A DNA stretch of 60,536 bases from Rubrobacteraceae bacterium (lineage in GTDB: Bacteria > Actinomycetota > Rubrobacteria > Rubrobacterales > Rubrobacteraceae), in the NCBI GenBank assembly GCA_035642415.1, contig DASQSI010000166.1:1-60536 (forward strand). The letters run 5' to 3'. The position numbers and the translations under genes are program-made. Positions 9,381 through 20,051 of the stretch are shown here, piece by piece; position 1 is the stretch's first letter; every line of letters begins with the position of its first letter. The notes under the pieces were generated by a model. It did not search any database, was not told the origin of the DNA, and was given only the letters and a program-made list of their open reading frames with translations.

Positions 9381-10553
9381 GTGGTGCTCTTCCTCGAACA
9401 CCACGGCGTTACGCATCCTGGCAAGGTGCGCAATAATAACGAGGATTCCCTCCTCGTCGGCGAGGGCCGGGACGAAACGCTCTTCGTCGTCGCCGACGGT
9501 ATAGGAGGCTTCGAAGCCGGAGAAGTGGCGAGCTCCATAACCATCGATGTCCTCAAAGACACCGCGCCCTTGGGGTCTTTAGAAGACGCGATAAGAGAGG
9601 CCAACCGGCGGATACTGGCAGCAGCCAAAAGCGATGAGAGGCTCTCGGGCATGGGGACGACCGTGGTGGCGTTGCGATTCGGCGGGACGGAAAGCGAGCC
9701 GGCCGCGGAGATCTCGCACGTTGGTGACTCCCGAGCTTACCTCTTGCGTGACGGTGAGCTCAAGCCCATCACCGAGGATCACTCCCTCGTCGCCGAACTA
9801 GTCCGGAGCGGAGATCTCACTCGCGATGAAGCCAGCGAGCACCCGCAGAAAAACTTGATCACACGTGCTTTGGGGGCCGAGGTGGAGGTCGAGGTGGACA
9901 CAACCGTCCTCCCTATCCGGTCCGGGGACCGCTTCATCCTCTGTTCTGATGGACTCTCGGACATGATTCCCGAAACTCGTATGCTGGACCTCCTTACTTT
10001 CTCTCCTGAAGGTCCCGAGAAAGCAGCTCAAACACTCGTCTCCGCCGCCCTTGAGGCTGGCGGCACAGATAACGTGACCGTCGTGGTCGTGGACGTAAAA
10101 GAGGGTGATCCGCCCGCCGAGGAACCTCGTCGTGGTGATACCCAGGAGATGAAAGCCATAGTACTTGAGGAGGCTGGCGCCAGGCGCCGCCAGGAGAAAC
10201 CTCAGGCAGGGGACAAGCGCGCCGAAGCAGAGGGGTTAGGACGGTCCCTCGTGGTATCTATCCGGGTGCTGGCAGCGGTGCTGGTGTTGGTAGCCATTGC
10301 GACACCTTTCTATCTCTGGGGAACTAGTCGCTTTTTTTTAGGCTTTGAGGAGGGCGAGGTGGTGATCTACCAGGGGTTGCCCTACGAGCCCTTAGGCTAC
10401 GGGCTCTACCAGGAGGTCCAGAGGACGGGTCTCAAGGAGCCCGACGTTCAAGCACGCTACCGAGACTCGATAGAGAACCACAAACTCTACTCCTCGAAAG
10501 AGCAGGTCGAGGCTACCGTGCGTGATCTGAAAGACCAGGAGCAGACGCGGTGA
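9381..10553 (+). CDS. pstP: PP2C-family Ser/Thr phosphatase
   Basis: RNNNED, VADGIGG, MGTT, HVGDSRAY, CSDGL, GGTDNVT motifs and a C-terminal TM. Confidence 0.93.
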   Translation: MVLFLEHHGVTHPGKVRNNNEDSLLVGEGRDETLFVVADGIGGFEAGEVASSITIDVLKDTAPLGSLEDAIREANRRILAAAKSDERLSGMGTTVVALRFGGTESEPAAEISHVGDSRAYLLRDGELKPITEDHSLVAELVRSGDLTRDEASEHPQKNLITRALGAEVEVEVDTTVLPIRSGDRFILCSDGLSDMIPETRMLDLLTFSPEGPEKAAQTLVSAALEAGGTDNVTVVVVDVKEGDPPAEEPRRGDTQEMKAIVLEEAGARRRQEKPQAGDKRAEAEGLGRSLVVSIRVLAAVLVLVAIATPFYLWGTSRFFLGFEEGEVVIYQGLPYEPLGYGLYQEVQRTGLKEPDVQARYRDSIENHKLYSSKEQVEATVRDLKDQEQTR

Positions 10554-10560
10554 TCAGACG

Positions 10561-11874
10561 GTGATCCAACGCGCCACCGTCCCTATGACCATCGCCCTCC
10601 TCATCACTACGTTGGGTTTCGCAACCCTCGTCTCCGTACAGGAAGCCAAAAGTCCTCCCCTGATCTACGGGGGACTATATGCCGGGGTGATGGTCGCGCT
10701 CTACTTCGTCGTTAGGCTCTGGCTGCCCCATTCAGATGTGATCCTTCTGCCAATAGTGACACTCTTGACCGGGGTAGGGCTTCTGATGATCTACCGCCTC
10801 ACCTACGATGCGCCTATGGCCGAGAACCTCGCCATCACGCAAGCGGTCTGGATACTCGTCGGGAGCGGCGTCTTCGTGTACGTGGTCCTCTTTTTTCGCG
10901 ACTACCAAAAGCTGTTTGCCTACAAATACCTCCTGGCCTTAGTCGCTTTCGGCCTTATATTCGCGACTTTCACACCGCTTGGCTACGAGGTTAACGGCGC
11001 CAGGCTCTGGGTGCAGATTGGGCCGGTGAACTTCCAACCCTCCGAGTTCGCCAGGATTCTCCTCATCGTCTTCTTCGCCGGCTATCTTGCCGAGAAGCGT
11101 GATCTCCTGGCAGCAACGAGCCGATCGTTTATGGGAGTGCAACTGCCGGCGCTGAAATACTTCGGACCCGTAGCGCTAGTGTGGGCGCTCTCTTTAGGAC
11201 TCCTCATCTTCGAGAAGGACCTCGGGAGCAGCCTGCTATTCTTCACGGTACCTTTGCTCATGCTCTACGCAGCGACAGGCCGAATCGCATACGTCATCCT
11301 CGGCACGTTCCTCTTTGTCGTAGGCGCGCTCGCAACATACCCTTTTTTCTCGCACGTGCAGGTGCGTGTAGTGAGCTGGCTCGACCCCTGGTCCGACCCG
11401 TACGGGGAGGGGTTTCAGATCACCCAAAGCATCTTTAACATCGCCGACGGCGGTCTCACCGGTACAGGGCTGGGCAGGGGGTTCTCCCAGAGTATCCCCA
11501 ATGTCCAGACAGACTTTATCTTTTCCACCGCCGCCAGTGAACTCGGCTTTCTGGGGGCGACGACCCTGCTCCTTGCCTTCCTTCTCTTCACTTATCGGGG
11601 CACAAAAATCGCACTCCTCGCCGAAGACGAAGCCTCGAAGCTCCTCGCCTTCGGGCTTACCATCGTGTTCGCCATGCAGACCCTGATCATTGTTGGCGGT
11701 GTAACGAAGGCCATCCCGCTTACCGGCCTCACCCTGCCCTTCGTCTCCTACGGAGGTTCCTCGGTGGTCGGCAACTTCATCCTCACGGCTCTTTTACTCG
11801 TAGTCTCCGAGAGGGCCGGGAAACGCTTCATCGAGGGTGAAAAGAAGGCCGGGTATAAAGAGGAGGCAGCTTGA
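10561..11874 (+). CDS. rodA: SEDS glycosyltransferase RodA/FtsW
   Basis: NGARLW, FQPSEF, DLG, TDFIF, PLTGLTLPFVSYGGSS motifs. Confidence 0.93.
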   Translation: MIQRATVPMTIALLITTLGFATLVSVQEAKSPPLIYGGLYAGVMVALYFVVRLWLPHSDVILLPIVTLLTGVGLLMIYRLTYDAPMAENLAITQAVWILVGSGVFVYVVLFFRDYQKLFAYKYLLALVAFGLIFATFTPLGYEVNGARLWVQIGPVNFQPSEFARILLIVFFAGYLAEKRDLLAATSRSFMGVQLPALKYFGPVALVWALSLGLLIFEKDLGSSLLFFTVPLLMLYAATGRIAYVILGTFLFVVGALATYPFFSHVQVRVVSWLDPWSDPYGEGFQITQSIFNIADGGLTGTGLGRGFSQSIPNVQTDFIFSTAASELGFLGATTLLLAFLLFTYRGTKIALLAEDEASKLLAFGLTIVFAMQTLIIVGGVTKAIPLTGLTLPFVSYGGSSVVGNFILTALLLVVSERAGKRFIEGEKKAGYKEEAA

Positions 11875-13505
11875 ATACCTACCTCAGACGCACCTTCTAC
11901 CTCTTCGTGGTCTGGTTCGTGACGTTGGCAGGGGTTCTGGCCTACTGGCAGGTCTACGCTCGAGAATCTCTGATAACCGACCCGGCCAACTCCTTACAAT
12001 CGCGGCGGGTCCAGGAGGCGCCGCGCGGTCTGATCCTGGCAGGAGACGGCAAAACGGAGCTGGCTCGCAGTGTCCAAGAGGACGATGGCACCTACAAGCG
12101 TACATACCCGGAGGGGCCGGTATACTCGCACGTCGTCGGCTACTGGAGCACTAAATACGGGGCGAGCGGAATCGAGATCAGCGAGAACAACGCCCTCTCC
12201 GGCGAGAGTGGGGACCCCCAGACCCTCGACGAGCTCGTAAACCAGATTTCCGGCGGCCCCCGAGCCGGCAACGACGTCGAGCTCACCCTCGACCCTAAGC
12301 TCCAACGCCTCGCCTATGACCAGCTCGCCTCAAGCCCGACGGGACGTGGTGCCGCCGTCGCCCTAGACCCCAAGACCGGGGAGATCCTGGCCATGGTCTC
12401 CTATCCCTCCTACGACCCGAACAACCTGGACCAGACCTTCCCCGATCTCAGCAAGGACCCGAACTCCGGCCTTTTGAACCGAGCAACCCAGGGGCTCTAC
12501 CCTCCAGGCTCGACATTCAAGGTTATAACGACCGCCGCAGCTATCGAGGCCGGGGTAAAGCCGACGGATAAGTTCACAGATACCGGGACCTACGAAACGC
12601 CGGGGTATACCGTATACAACTTCCAAGGCAAGAAATACGGGGACGTGACCTTCAAGCAGGCACTCGCAAACTCCATAAACGCCATCTTCGCCAAGATCGG
12701 ATACGAGTACGTAGGCCCCGAGAAGCTGGCGCAGACGGCCCAGGACTTCGGCTTCGGCGTCCCTTACAAAGACTTCCCGCTGCCCGTGAGCACTAGCGAG
12801 CTCGGCGAACTCTCGCCTAAACAGTGGGCTCAAGGGGGTACGGCCCAGATCTCCTTCGGCCAGGGTCCGGTGGTGAGCAACGTCTTCGAGATGGGCCTCG
12901 TGGCCGCAACCATCGCTAACGAAGGTACCATGATGGAACCCCGCATCGTCCGGGAGATCCGCTCGCCGGACGGCGCCATCATAGACAAGCCAACCTCCCG
13001 CGTGCGAAAGCGCGTGCTAGATAAGGAGACCGCTAAAACTGTCAACGACATGATGCAGAGCGTTATAACCGACGTCGAGACTACGGGCCAGATCCCCGGC
13101 ATCAAGGTGGCCGCGAAGACCGGAACCGCGGAAGCCCCAGGCGACGAGCTCCACTCCTGGTTTATCGCCTTCGCCCCGGCGGACGACCCCAAAATCGCCG
13201 TGGCCGTCCTCGTCGAGAACGGGCAGGAGGGTTATAAGACTGCCCTCCCCATCGCTCGCCGCATGATGGAGACCTACCTCGGCCCTCAGGAGACCCGTCA
13301 GAACACCCAACAACCCACGACGCCACAGAGCCGTCCGGAGACTACCACCCCAAGCACCCAACCCGCCCAACCAAAGAACGCGATTCCCAGCCCAAGCACC
13401 CAACCCACCCAACCAAAGAACGCGATTCCCTTCCAGGTCCCCTTCCAGAATCCCGGTCAAGGCCAGGGTCAGGTCCCTGGCCCTTACCAGAGACCGGGCG
13501 GTTAA
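11871..13505 (+). CDS. pbpA: Class B penicillin-binding protein PbpA
   Basis: YPPGSTFK (SxxK), SIN (SxN), KTGTAE motifs and an N-terminal TM. Confidence 0.93.
   Translation: MNTYLRRTFYLFVVWFVTLAGVLAYWQVYARESLITDPANSLQSRRVQEAPRGLILAGDGKTELARSVQEDDGTYKRTYPEGPVYSHVVGYWSTKYGASGIEISENNALSGESGDPQTLDELVNQISGGPRAGNDVELTLDPKLQRLAYDQLASSPTGRGAAVALDPKTGEILAMVSYPSYDPNNLDQTFPDLSKDPNSGLLNRATQGLYPPGSTFKVITTAAAIEAGVKPTDKFTDTGTYETPGYTVYNFQGKKYGDVTFKQALANSINAIFAKIGYEYVGPEKLAQTAQDFGFGVPYKDFPLPVSTSELGELSPKQWAQGGTAQISFGQGPVVSNVFEMGLVAATIANEGTMMEPRIVREIRSPDGAIIDKPTSRVRKRVLDKETAKTVNDMMQSVITDVETTGQIPGIKVAAKTGTAEAPGDELHSWFIAFAPADDPKIAVAVLVENGQEGYKTALPIARRMMETYLGPQETRQNTQQPTTPQSRPETTTPSTQPAQPKNAIPSPSTQPTQPKNAIPFQVPFQNPGQGQGQVPGPYQRPGG
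13349..13430 (+). repeat. 42-bp tandem duplication in the PbpA Pro/Gln-rich tail
   Basis: cccaagcacccaacc(cg/ca)cccaaccaaagaacgcgattccc occurs at 13349 and 13391, giving PSTQP(A/T)QPKNAIP twice. Confidence 0.9.
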
Positions 13506-13522
13506 CGCTATAATGTTTTAGG

Positions 13523-15463
13523 TTGGAGCAACTTGTAGACAATCGCTACCGTATCATCAGGCCTTTAGGCTCCGGAGGCATGGCTGAGGTCTACCTCGCT
13601 CACGACAGCGTCCTGAGCCGGGACGTCGCCCTCAAAGTCATGACCGAGCGCTACGCCTACGACGACGAATTCGTCGAACGCTTCAAGCGTGAGGCCCAGA
13701 GCGCCGCCGCTCTCTCCCACCCAAGCATAGTCTCGATCTATGACCGGGGCGAGTCCGAGGATGGGACGTATTACATAGCGATGGAGTACCTGCCCGGTGG
13801 TACCTTGAAGGACCGCCTCTCGAGGCGTGGGCCTTTGTCACCCCGGACGGCGGCGGCAGTGGCGCTTCAGATCGCCGAAGCTTTATGGGTGGCCCACCGC
13901 GCCGGGGTCGTGCACCGGGACATAAAGCCCCACAACGTCCTTATCACCGCCGCTGGCAATGTCAAGGTCGGAGATTTCGGCATAGCGAGGGCCGCTTCGT
14001 CGAGCACGATGACAAAGACGGGTTCGATACTGGGCACGGCCCACTACATCTCCCCTGAGCAGGCGATGGGCGAGCCTGTGGGTCCTCAGAGCGACCTTTA
14101 CTCTTTGGGCGTTGTTCTCTACGAAATGCTCACCGGAGAGCTGCCCTACGATGCGGAGACCCCCATAGGCATCGCGATGAAACACGTCAACGGCCACCTC
14201 GTGCCCCCCCGACAGTTGAACCCCGACGTGCCTGAAGGCATAAACGCTATCACCATCCGGCTCCTGGCGAAGAACACCGACGAGCGCTACGCCGACGCCG
14301 CAGAGCTCATAGAAGATCTGGAGCGGGTGATCAACGGTCTCGAACCGGCGAAGGCGACGACCCGCGTCATGAAGCGTCTCATACCCGCGGGAGGTACCGC
14401 GACGCGGACCCGCCATGGCACGGCGCCGATGCCATCGGCCCCACCCGAAACGAGCGACACCGGTGAGAGAGGATCCAGGAGAAGGCGGCCCTGGGTTCCG
14501 GTTCTGCTCCTAGTCCTACTCCTCGCCTTGCTCAGTGGGATCTCTTATGCCTTCGCACAGGGGCTGCTATCTCCGACCCCGGAGGCTGAGGTCCCGAACC
14601 TAGTTGGCGCTTCCTCGATAGAAGAGGCGCAAAAATTGGCCGGCGAGGACTTCAAGGTCACCGAAGGCGCCCGGAAAGAGAGCAAAGAAGCCGTCGGTAC
14701 GGTTATAGGTCAGGATCTCGTTGTGGGAACCGAAAAGCCCAAGGGGTCAACCATCTCTGTGGACGTCAGTGGCACGCAGATCGCGGACCTTCCCGACGTC
14801 AAGGGCCAGACACGCGAGGAGGCCGAGCGAATCCTCAAATCGGCCGGGTTCGAAGCCGAGGTGAAGGCCAAAGAGAGCAGCGCGCAAGAAAAGAACCTCG
14901 TTACCGACCAGGACCCTCGGGGTGGCGAGGGCGAAACCGCCAAGGTGGGATCAACCGTCACGATCACGGTCGGCAACGGACCGATGACGGTAAAGGTCCC
15001 TAGCCTCTACAACCTTACCCCCGCAGCGGCAAAACAGACCCTCGAGGGGGCGGGCCTGTCGCTCGGCAACCAGATGGAAGTCCCGAGCGACCAGGTAGCT
15101 AAGGGCCAGATCGTCGGCCAGCAACCGTCCGCTGGCACGGATGCGAGCCCGGGCAGTTCCGTAGATGTCACCGTCAGCTCCGGACCAAGGCAGCTACCGG
15201 TTCCGGACGTCGTAGGCAGCAACGCCGAGGAGGCCAAGCAGACGATATGGGATGCGGGGTTCGGCTACGTCGTCGAAACAGCCCAGAGCAGCCAGCCTGC
15301 GGGGACGGTAGTCTCGACGGATCCCTCGGCCGGCACGCTGCTTGATCCTTATTCGAGGAACGTAACTATCAGACAGAGCTCAGGGCCGCCACCACCACCG
15401 CCGCCCCAGCCCGCGAGCAAGATGGCCAACAGCAAGGCCGTCCCCAAGGGCAAAAGTGGGTAA
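13523..15463 (+). CDS. pknB: PASTA-domain Ser/Thr kinase PknB/Stk1
   Basis: Kinase motifs (GSGGMAEV, HRDIKPHN, DFG, GTAHYISPEQ), a TM and four PASTA-like repeats. Confidence 0.95.
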   Translation: MEQLVDNRYRIIRPLGSGGMAEVYLAHDSVLSRDVALKVMTERYAYDDEFVERFKREAQSAAALSHPSIVSIYDRGESEDGTYYIAMEYLPGGTLKDRLSRRGPLSPRTAAAVALQIAEALWVAHRAGVVHRDIKPHNVLITAAGNVKVGDFGIARAASSSTMTKTGSILGTAHYISPEQAMGEPVGPQSDLYSLGVVLYEMLTGELPYDAETPIGIAMKHVNGHLVPPRQLNPDVPEGINAITIRLLAKNTDERYADAAELIEDLERVINGLEPAKATTRVMKRLIPAGGTATRTRHGTAPMPSAPPETSDTGERGSRRRRPWVPVLLLVLLLALLSGISYAFAQGLLSPTPEAEVPNLVGASSIEEAQKLAGEDFKVTEGARKESKEAVGTVIGQDLVVGTEKPKGSTISVDVSGTQIADLPDVKGQTREEAERILKSAGFEAEVKAKESSAQEKNLVTDQDPRGGEGETAKVGSTVTITVGNGPMTVKVPSLYNLTPAAAKQTLEGAGLSLGNQMEVPSDQVAKGQIVGQQPSAGTDASPGSSVDVTVSSGPRQLPVPDVVGSNAEEAKQTIWDAGFGYVVETAQSSQPAGTVVSTDPSAGTLLDPYSRNVTIRQSSGPPPPPPPQPASKMANSKAVPKGKSG

Positions 15464-15475
15464 GGAAGACGATTT

Positions 15476-15748
15476 CTAGAACTCTCCGAGGAGTTCCCGT
15501 CTAACGTAGTCCCTAAGGGTTGATATCGGGACTTCACGGGGCGGGTCTACCTCGACAAAACTGTGCCGACCAATGGCGTTCTCACGAAGCCACTCTTCGG
15601 TTACCGGTTTGGTCCTTTCCGGATCGTATGCGGTCTCGTAGTAGAGCGTTCGCAGCTCCCCGGAAGATAGCTCCACCACGAGTATAGGGTAACGACCAAG
15701 GGAGTACGCTAAGATCTTTACCTCGTTCTCGAGTGTTCCAGGGTCCAT
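15476..15748 (-). CDS. Hypothetical protein (90 aa)
   Basis: Fills the gap between pknB and the next gene with protein-like composition; no recognised motif. Confidence 0.65.
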   Translation of the reverse strand: MDPGTLENEVKILAYSLGRYPILVVELSSGELRTLYYETAYDPERTKPVTEEWLRENAIGRHSFVEVDPPREVPISTLRDYVRRELLGEF

Positions 15749-15861
15749 ACGGCGAGTTTACAGTAAAGCGCACCCTGAAGGGACCTAAAGGACCCCATGA
15801 TAAAATCATCAGTATATGAGACAGCCAGAGAACAATTTTTATATTCGCGGAGGGAGATCCA

Positions 15862-18387
15862 ATGTCAGATCCCATACCCAAAGACGAAGAAACTGAGGGA
15901 GCAGGCTCTTCGACAGACGCCGCTAAGCTTGCACCGCCTCCTCTTCCGCCGAAAAATTTGCCGGAGGAGCTCCTGCAGAACCGTCTCTCCCGGCTAGAGA
16001 CTAGAAGAACGCTTGCGGAGCTGTGTAAAAACATCGCGGGCCTCGAAGAGGCTCTGCTTCCCAGGGGCATCCAGGCCGATGCCTTGACCCGCAAGTCCGG
16101 CGGTAGCGCAACCATATTGAAAGGCGTCTCCCGCAGGATCATGAACGACGCCGCAGCCTGGGGAGCATTCCGCACCGCCATTGGAGAGCAGATACCATCC
16201 GAGACCTTCGAGGCTCTGGAGAACCTCAAGCTCGAGAACGTAGAGGAATTCGCGTCCACCCACACCACGGAGGGTCTGCTGCTCGCTGCCTTGTGCGGCG
16301 AGGCCGAACCCGAGGACGAAGTCGTGGAAGCTCTGATCGCGGCCTGGCGGAAGGAGAAAGGAGAGGCCGAAAAAAGGGCTACGGACGATGCTCACATTGC
16401 GGACCTTAAGTCACAGCTGGAGCATCTAAAAGGCGAGAACGAGCAGCTCTCGTTCACCTCCAGGATGGTTGACGAGCAGGTCGCGGCTTTGAAGCGCGAG
16501 GTCGAGGCCTTGCGCGACGAGAAAGAGGACGCGGCGACCCAGGCGAGAAAGGCAGAAGAAAGAGCGGCGGCCGCCATAGACCTCAGGGACCAAATGAGCG
16601 AGAAGGTTGCGGAATCCGAACGAAGAGCCCAGCACCTTGAGCATGTCCTTGAGAGCGAACGTGAGGCTTATTCCGTTGCCGCTAAGCGCTTGGAGGAGAT
16701 GCACGATGAGCTGGGACAGGTGGTCGCCGAGCGGGACGATATACGGGACGCCCTGAAGCACGCCCGCTTTACCGACGAGGGCTTCGGGAACCTTCTCGTC
16801 CGTGCGGTCAAGAACGAGGTAAGTGCTCTTCCCAACTCTTTAGACGCCACGGCCCGGACCGCCCAGCTTATGGAGTTCATGGGCAGCGTACTCCGCGCCC
16901 ATGCCGAGCTTCGCGAGCACCGCTCCTCCGGCTCCCATGGAACAAGCGAAGAAACGGAAGATTCGGACGACCCTTCTCAACCCCGCGTCGTTGACCCTGG
17001 CGCAGACGTGCTCGCAGAGTTCGGACCCGGTACGCCGAACGGTGGCGCCCCGAAAGGGGGAGAAAAGCTCGAGCCCGTGAAAGCGAACATGATGCTCACG
17101 AGGTCCCGGCCGACGCTCTCGTTCAAGGCTTTAGGCGGGGCTGGCGAGGTCGGCGGCAGCAGCCACTTTCTGGATTTCGGACGTACGCGAGTGCTCGTGG
17201 ATGCTGGCATAAGGCCCGACAGTCGGGGTTTGTCTGCGCCCAACTTCCGGGCACTAAAGGGGCTAGACGCGGTGGTGGTCACGCACGCTCATCTGGACCA
17301 TTGTGGGGCGTTGCCGCTCCTGGTTCGGGAGCAACCGGATGTGACGATCTACTGCACCCCGCCCTCGGCCAAGCTCATCGCCTCAGCACTTAATGACCAT
17401 GCGGCGATGGGCGGGGGTCTGCCTGGAGGAGCTCCCCTGCACGAGGTAAAAAAGCGCCTCTACCCCCTGCCGTTCGGTAAACCAGCAAAGGTCGGCGATG
17501 CCAAGATCACGCTGACCCAGAGCGGCCACATCCTCGGGGCGGCGAGCGTGCTGTTCGAGACTGACTCGGCCACCGTGTTTCACACGGGTGACATTTGCCT
17601 CGAAGACCACTTCTCCATCCCCTCGGCACGCCTTCCTGACGTCAAGGACATAGACCTCCTCATCATGGAGGCTACGCTCGCGGACCGGAAACCCCAACCT
17701 TTTAGCGAGTCGGTACGGAAGATGATCGAGGTCATCAACGAAACCACCATAAAGCGCGAGGGTATCGTCCTGATCCCGACATACGCACTGGGCCAGGCGC
17801 AGGAGATCATCCTTGGCCTCAAGCACTACGAAAAGGAATACGGCCTCGACAGCGACGTCTTTATCTACGTGGACGGCTCGGTGGTCACGACCTCCGAGCG
17901 GCTCTACGCCGAGCAGCTCGGCTACATGAAGCCCTATCTGCAGCATACGGACCCTAAAGAGCTGTTTTACGGGGAGAACATCCGACCCGTAGCCAATGAC
18001 GACAAGGCTCGCGAGCGTATACTCTCGAACCCGTGCGCCATTATCGCCTCGCCGGTGACGATGCAGGGTGGGGCGTCGGCCTTTTATCGGAGAAACCTGC
18101 AGGATGATCCTGCCAACGCTGTGATCCTGCCGTCCAACGCTTCGGCCTCTTATGGTGCTTCCCAGGTCCCGGGCGAGGAGGAGGGTTGGCGGGTAGAGAA
18201 GGTTAGCTTCGCCGCACACTGCACTCAGGACGAGCTCTTGTGCATCACCGAGAAGCTGACGCCGCGCCAGATCATCCTCATCCACGGTTCCAGGCGGCGT
18301 ATAAGCGACCTCGCCTACCGGCTCGCTCCGAATTACAAGATCCACACGCCCGCCGTTGGCGAGACCATCCGTACGGTCCTCCAATAG
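15862..18387 (+). CDS. beta-CASP metallo-beta-lactamase nuclease (CPSF73/Ysh1-like) with long N-terminal helical/coiled-coil region
   Basis: LGGAGEVGGS, THAHLDH, GHILGAA, HTGD, MEAT, P.YALGQAQE, FAAH, IHG motifs. Residues ~160-300 are heptad-rich. Confidence 0.88.
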   Translation: MSDPIPKDEETEGAGSSTDAAKLAPPPLPPKNLPEELLQNRLSRLETRRTLAELCKNIAGLEEALLPRGIQADALTRKSGGSATILKGVSRRIMNDAAAWGAFRTAIGEQIPSETFEALENLKLENVEEFASTHTTEGLLLAALCGEAEPEDEVVEALIAAWRKEKGEAEKRATDDAHIADLKSQLEHLKGENEQLSFTSRMVDEQVAALKREVEALRDEKEDAATQARKAEERAAAAIDLRDQMSEKVAESERRAQHLEHVLESEREAYSVAAKRLEEMHDELGQVVAERDDIRDALKHARFTDEGFGNLLVRAVKNEVSALPNSLDATARTAQLMEFMGSVLRAHAELREHRSSGSHGTSEETEDSDDPSQPRVVDPGADVLAEFGPGTPNGGAPKGGEKLEPVKANMMLTRSRPTLSFKALGGAGEVGGSSHFLDFGRTRVLVDAGIRPDSRGLSAPNFRALKGLDAVVVTHAHLDHCGALPLLVREQPDVTIYCTPPSAKLIASALNDHAAMGGGLPGGAPLHEVKKRLYPLPFGKPAKVGDAKITLTQSGHILGAASVLFETDSATVFHTGDICLEDHFSIPSARLPDVKDIDLLIMEATLADRKPQPFSESVRKMIEVINETTIKREGIVLIPTYALGQAQEIILGLKHYEKEYGLDSDVFIYVDGSVVTTSERLYAEQLGYMKPYLQHTDPKELFYGENIRPVANDDKARERILSNPCAIIASPVTMQGGASAFYRRNLQDDPANAVILPSNASASYGASQVPGEEEGWRVEKVSFAAHCTQDELLCITEKLTPRQIILIHGSRRRISDLAYRLAPNYKIHTPAVGETIRTVLQ

Positions 18388-18390
18388 GCC

Positions 18391-18741
18391 GTGAAGGCGA
18401 AGACCGTCCTGCCGGAGGTAATGCTCCTCTACGATGCCCGTGGCCCGCGTCCTGAGAGAGCCGCCGGCATCGGGGAGTTCTGGTACGAGCCGGAGGTGTG
18501 GGAGCTCCCCCTCGCCCCCGCCCCCCGCGTCCTCTATACGGCCTTATGCTCTTTTCTCGGACCCGGCCAGATCAACCGCAAAGACCTTCGGGGCACCCTC
18601 AAGGAACGCACCGACAAAGAGATAGCGAATGCCCTTCAGGATCTCATCCGCCACAACCTTCTGACACCAATCGATAAGTTTATCAACAGCGGTGTCCTGT
18701 CAGGGTATGTTGTACGCTCCGTGCGGGATTTCAAGAGCTGA
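18391..18741 (+). CDS. Hypothetical protein, possible winged-helix
   Basis: Starts 3 nt after the beta-CASP gene. RVLYTAL...IANALQDLIRHNLL resembles wHTH patterns. Confidence 0.6.
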   Translation: MKAKTVLPEVMLLYDARGPRPERAAGIGEFWYEPEVWELPLAPAPRVLYTALCSFLGPGQINRKDLRGTLKERTDKEIANALQDLIRHNLLTPIDKFINSGVLSGYVVRSVRDFKS

Positions 18742-19268
18742 TCCTCCTCATTCTACTTAAGATCTCTTCTTCCCTAGATTTTCTCGACTACATTAGTAAC
18801 CTTCTACTCCTTCGTTAATTTCACCATTCCTTGTTATCTAAATTTTGCACAGGTTTGCCGAGGAAAATGCGTCATGGTGCGAAGCTCCTATACCCCGTCT
18901 CCATCAACGGCGAAAGCTTGGCAGGCTGTCCTCTCCACTTCCTCCGACCAGTCGAGGATTCGATCCAAGTAGCCTGACGGATCGAGGCTGTATAGGCTGG
19001 GCTCTTCGTGCATGAGGTCCTCGTCCGTCTCGGCTGCGGTACCTTTAAGGAGCCCGAGTGCAAGTTGTGCTTTCGTGCCGGTAGCAGCCTCCACTCGTAG
19101 AACGAGCACGTTTCCCTCGCGCTTAACCTCACGCCGAGCCCGGCCCTGCCTCAGCGCCGCCGCACGTTTCCAGGCCAGTCAAGAGATGTTTAGAGAAGCG
19201 GCGGGCCGTCTCATATATCTCACGCTGGGCGACTACCAGGGAACGTGCTCTCTTCGAAGCGCAAGACG

Positions 19269-20051
19269 CTAATCCCTCACGAGGAGGCGGAGCGCACGAT
19301 CCGTCAGACCCGGAAAGCGGGTCGCCACGGTCACGAAGAGCCTATCAGCGCTGGTGACATACACGTCCCGGCCGCCCCGCTCGGCGGCGTGTACGATCTT
19401 CCTAGCTACCTTCTCCGCCGATACCCCTCTGGGACGCCAGCCACGCTCCTCGTCCTTCGTCCGCCGGGAGTTCTCCCGGAACGCCGTTCGGGTCGTCCCT
19501 GGATAAACGCTCGTCACCGTAATGCCTCTATCCGCGATCTCGATCCGCAAAGCGTCAGAGATCGCGTTCAGGGCGAACTTAGTGGCGGAGTACCCCCCGA
19601 CCTTGGGGATGGCGCGCTTCCCCACCACCGAGGAAACGTTGACGATGCGCCCACCCCGCGGCATGTACGGCAGGGCCGCCTGCACACAGTGTAACGGTCC
19701 AACCAGGTTTACCTCGAACAGGTAACGCATATCGCTGGTGCGTAGCTCCACCACCCGCCCCGAGAGCCCAAGCCCCGCGTTATTCACCAGTATATCCAGC
19801 GAGCCGAACTCCTCCACCGTCTGCTCGACCATCGCTTGAACAGAGGCTTCGTCCGTAACGTCGGTCTTCACCGCCAGCGCCTGGCCCCCGGCGGCGGCGA
19901 CCTCGCGCTCTAAGAACCGCATCTTCTCCTCTGCACGGGCCGCCAGCACGACCGCGGCGCCGCGGTGTGCCAGAGCCCGCACCGTTGCCTCCCCGATACC
20001 GCTGGAGGCGCCGGTCACGATCGCCACCTTGCCTTTCAGCACCTCTTCCAT
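19269..20051 (-). CDS. Short-chain dehydrogenase/reductase
   Basis: TGASSGIG, NNAG and YSATK motifs. Confidence 0.95.
   Translation of the reverse strand: MEEVLKGKVAIVTGASSGIGEATVRALAHRGAAVVLAARAEEKMRFLEREVAAAGGQALAVKTDVTDEASVQAMVEQTVEEFGSLDILVNNAGLGLSGRVVELRTSDMRYLFEVNLVGPLHCVQAALPYMPRGGRIVNVSSVVGKRAIPKVGGYSATKFALNAISDALRIEIADRGITVTSVYPGTTRTAFRENSRRTKDEERGWRPRGVSAEKVARKIVHAAERGGRDVYVTSADRLFVTVATRFPGLTDRALRLLVRD

Noticed and set aside
18872-19230. Short minus-strand ORFs after the SDR gene
   Set aside because: Interrupted by stops with no recognisable family; a call cannot be supported.
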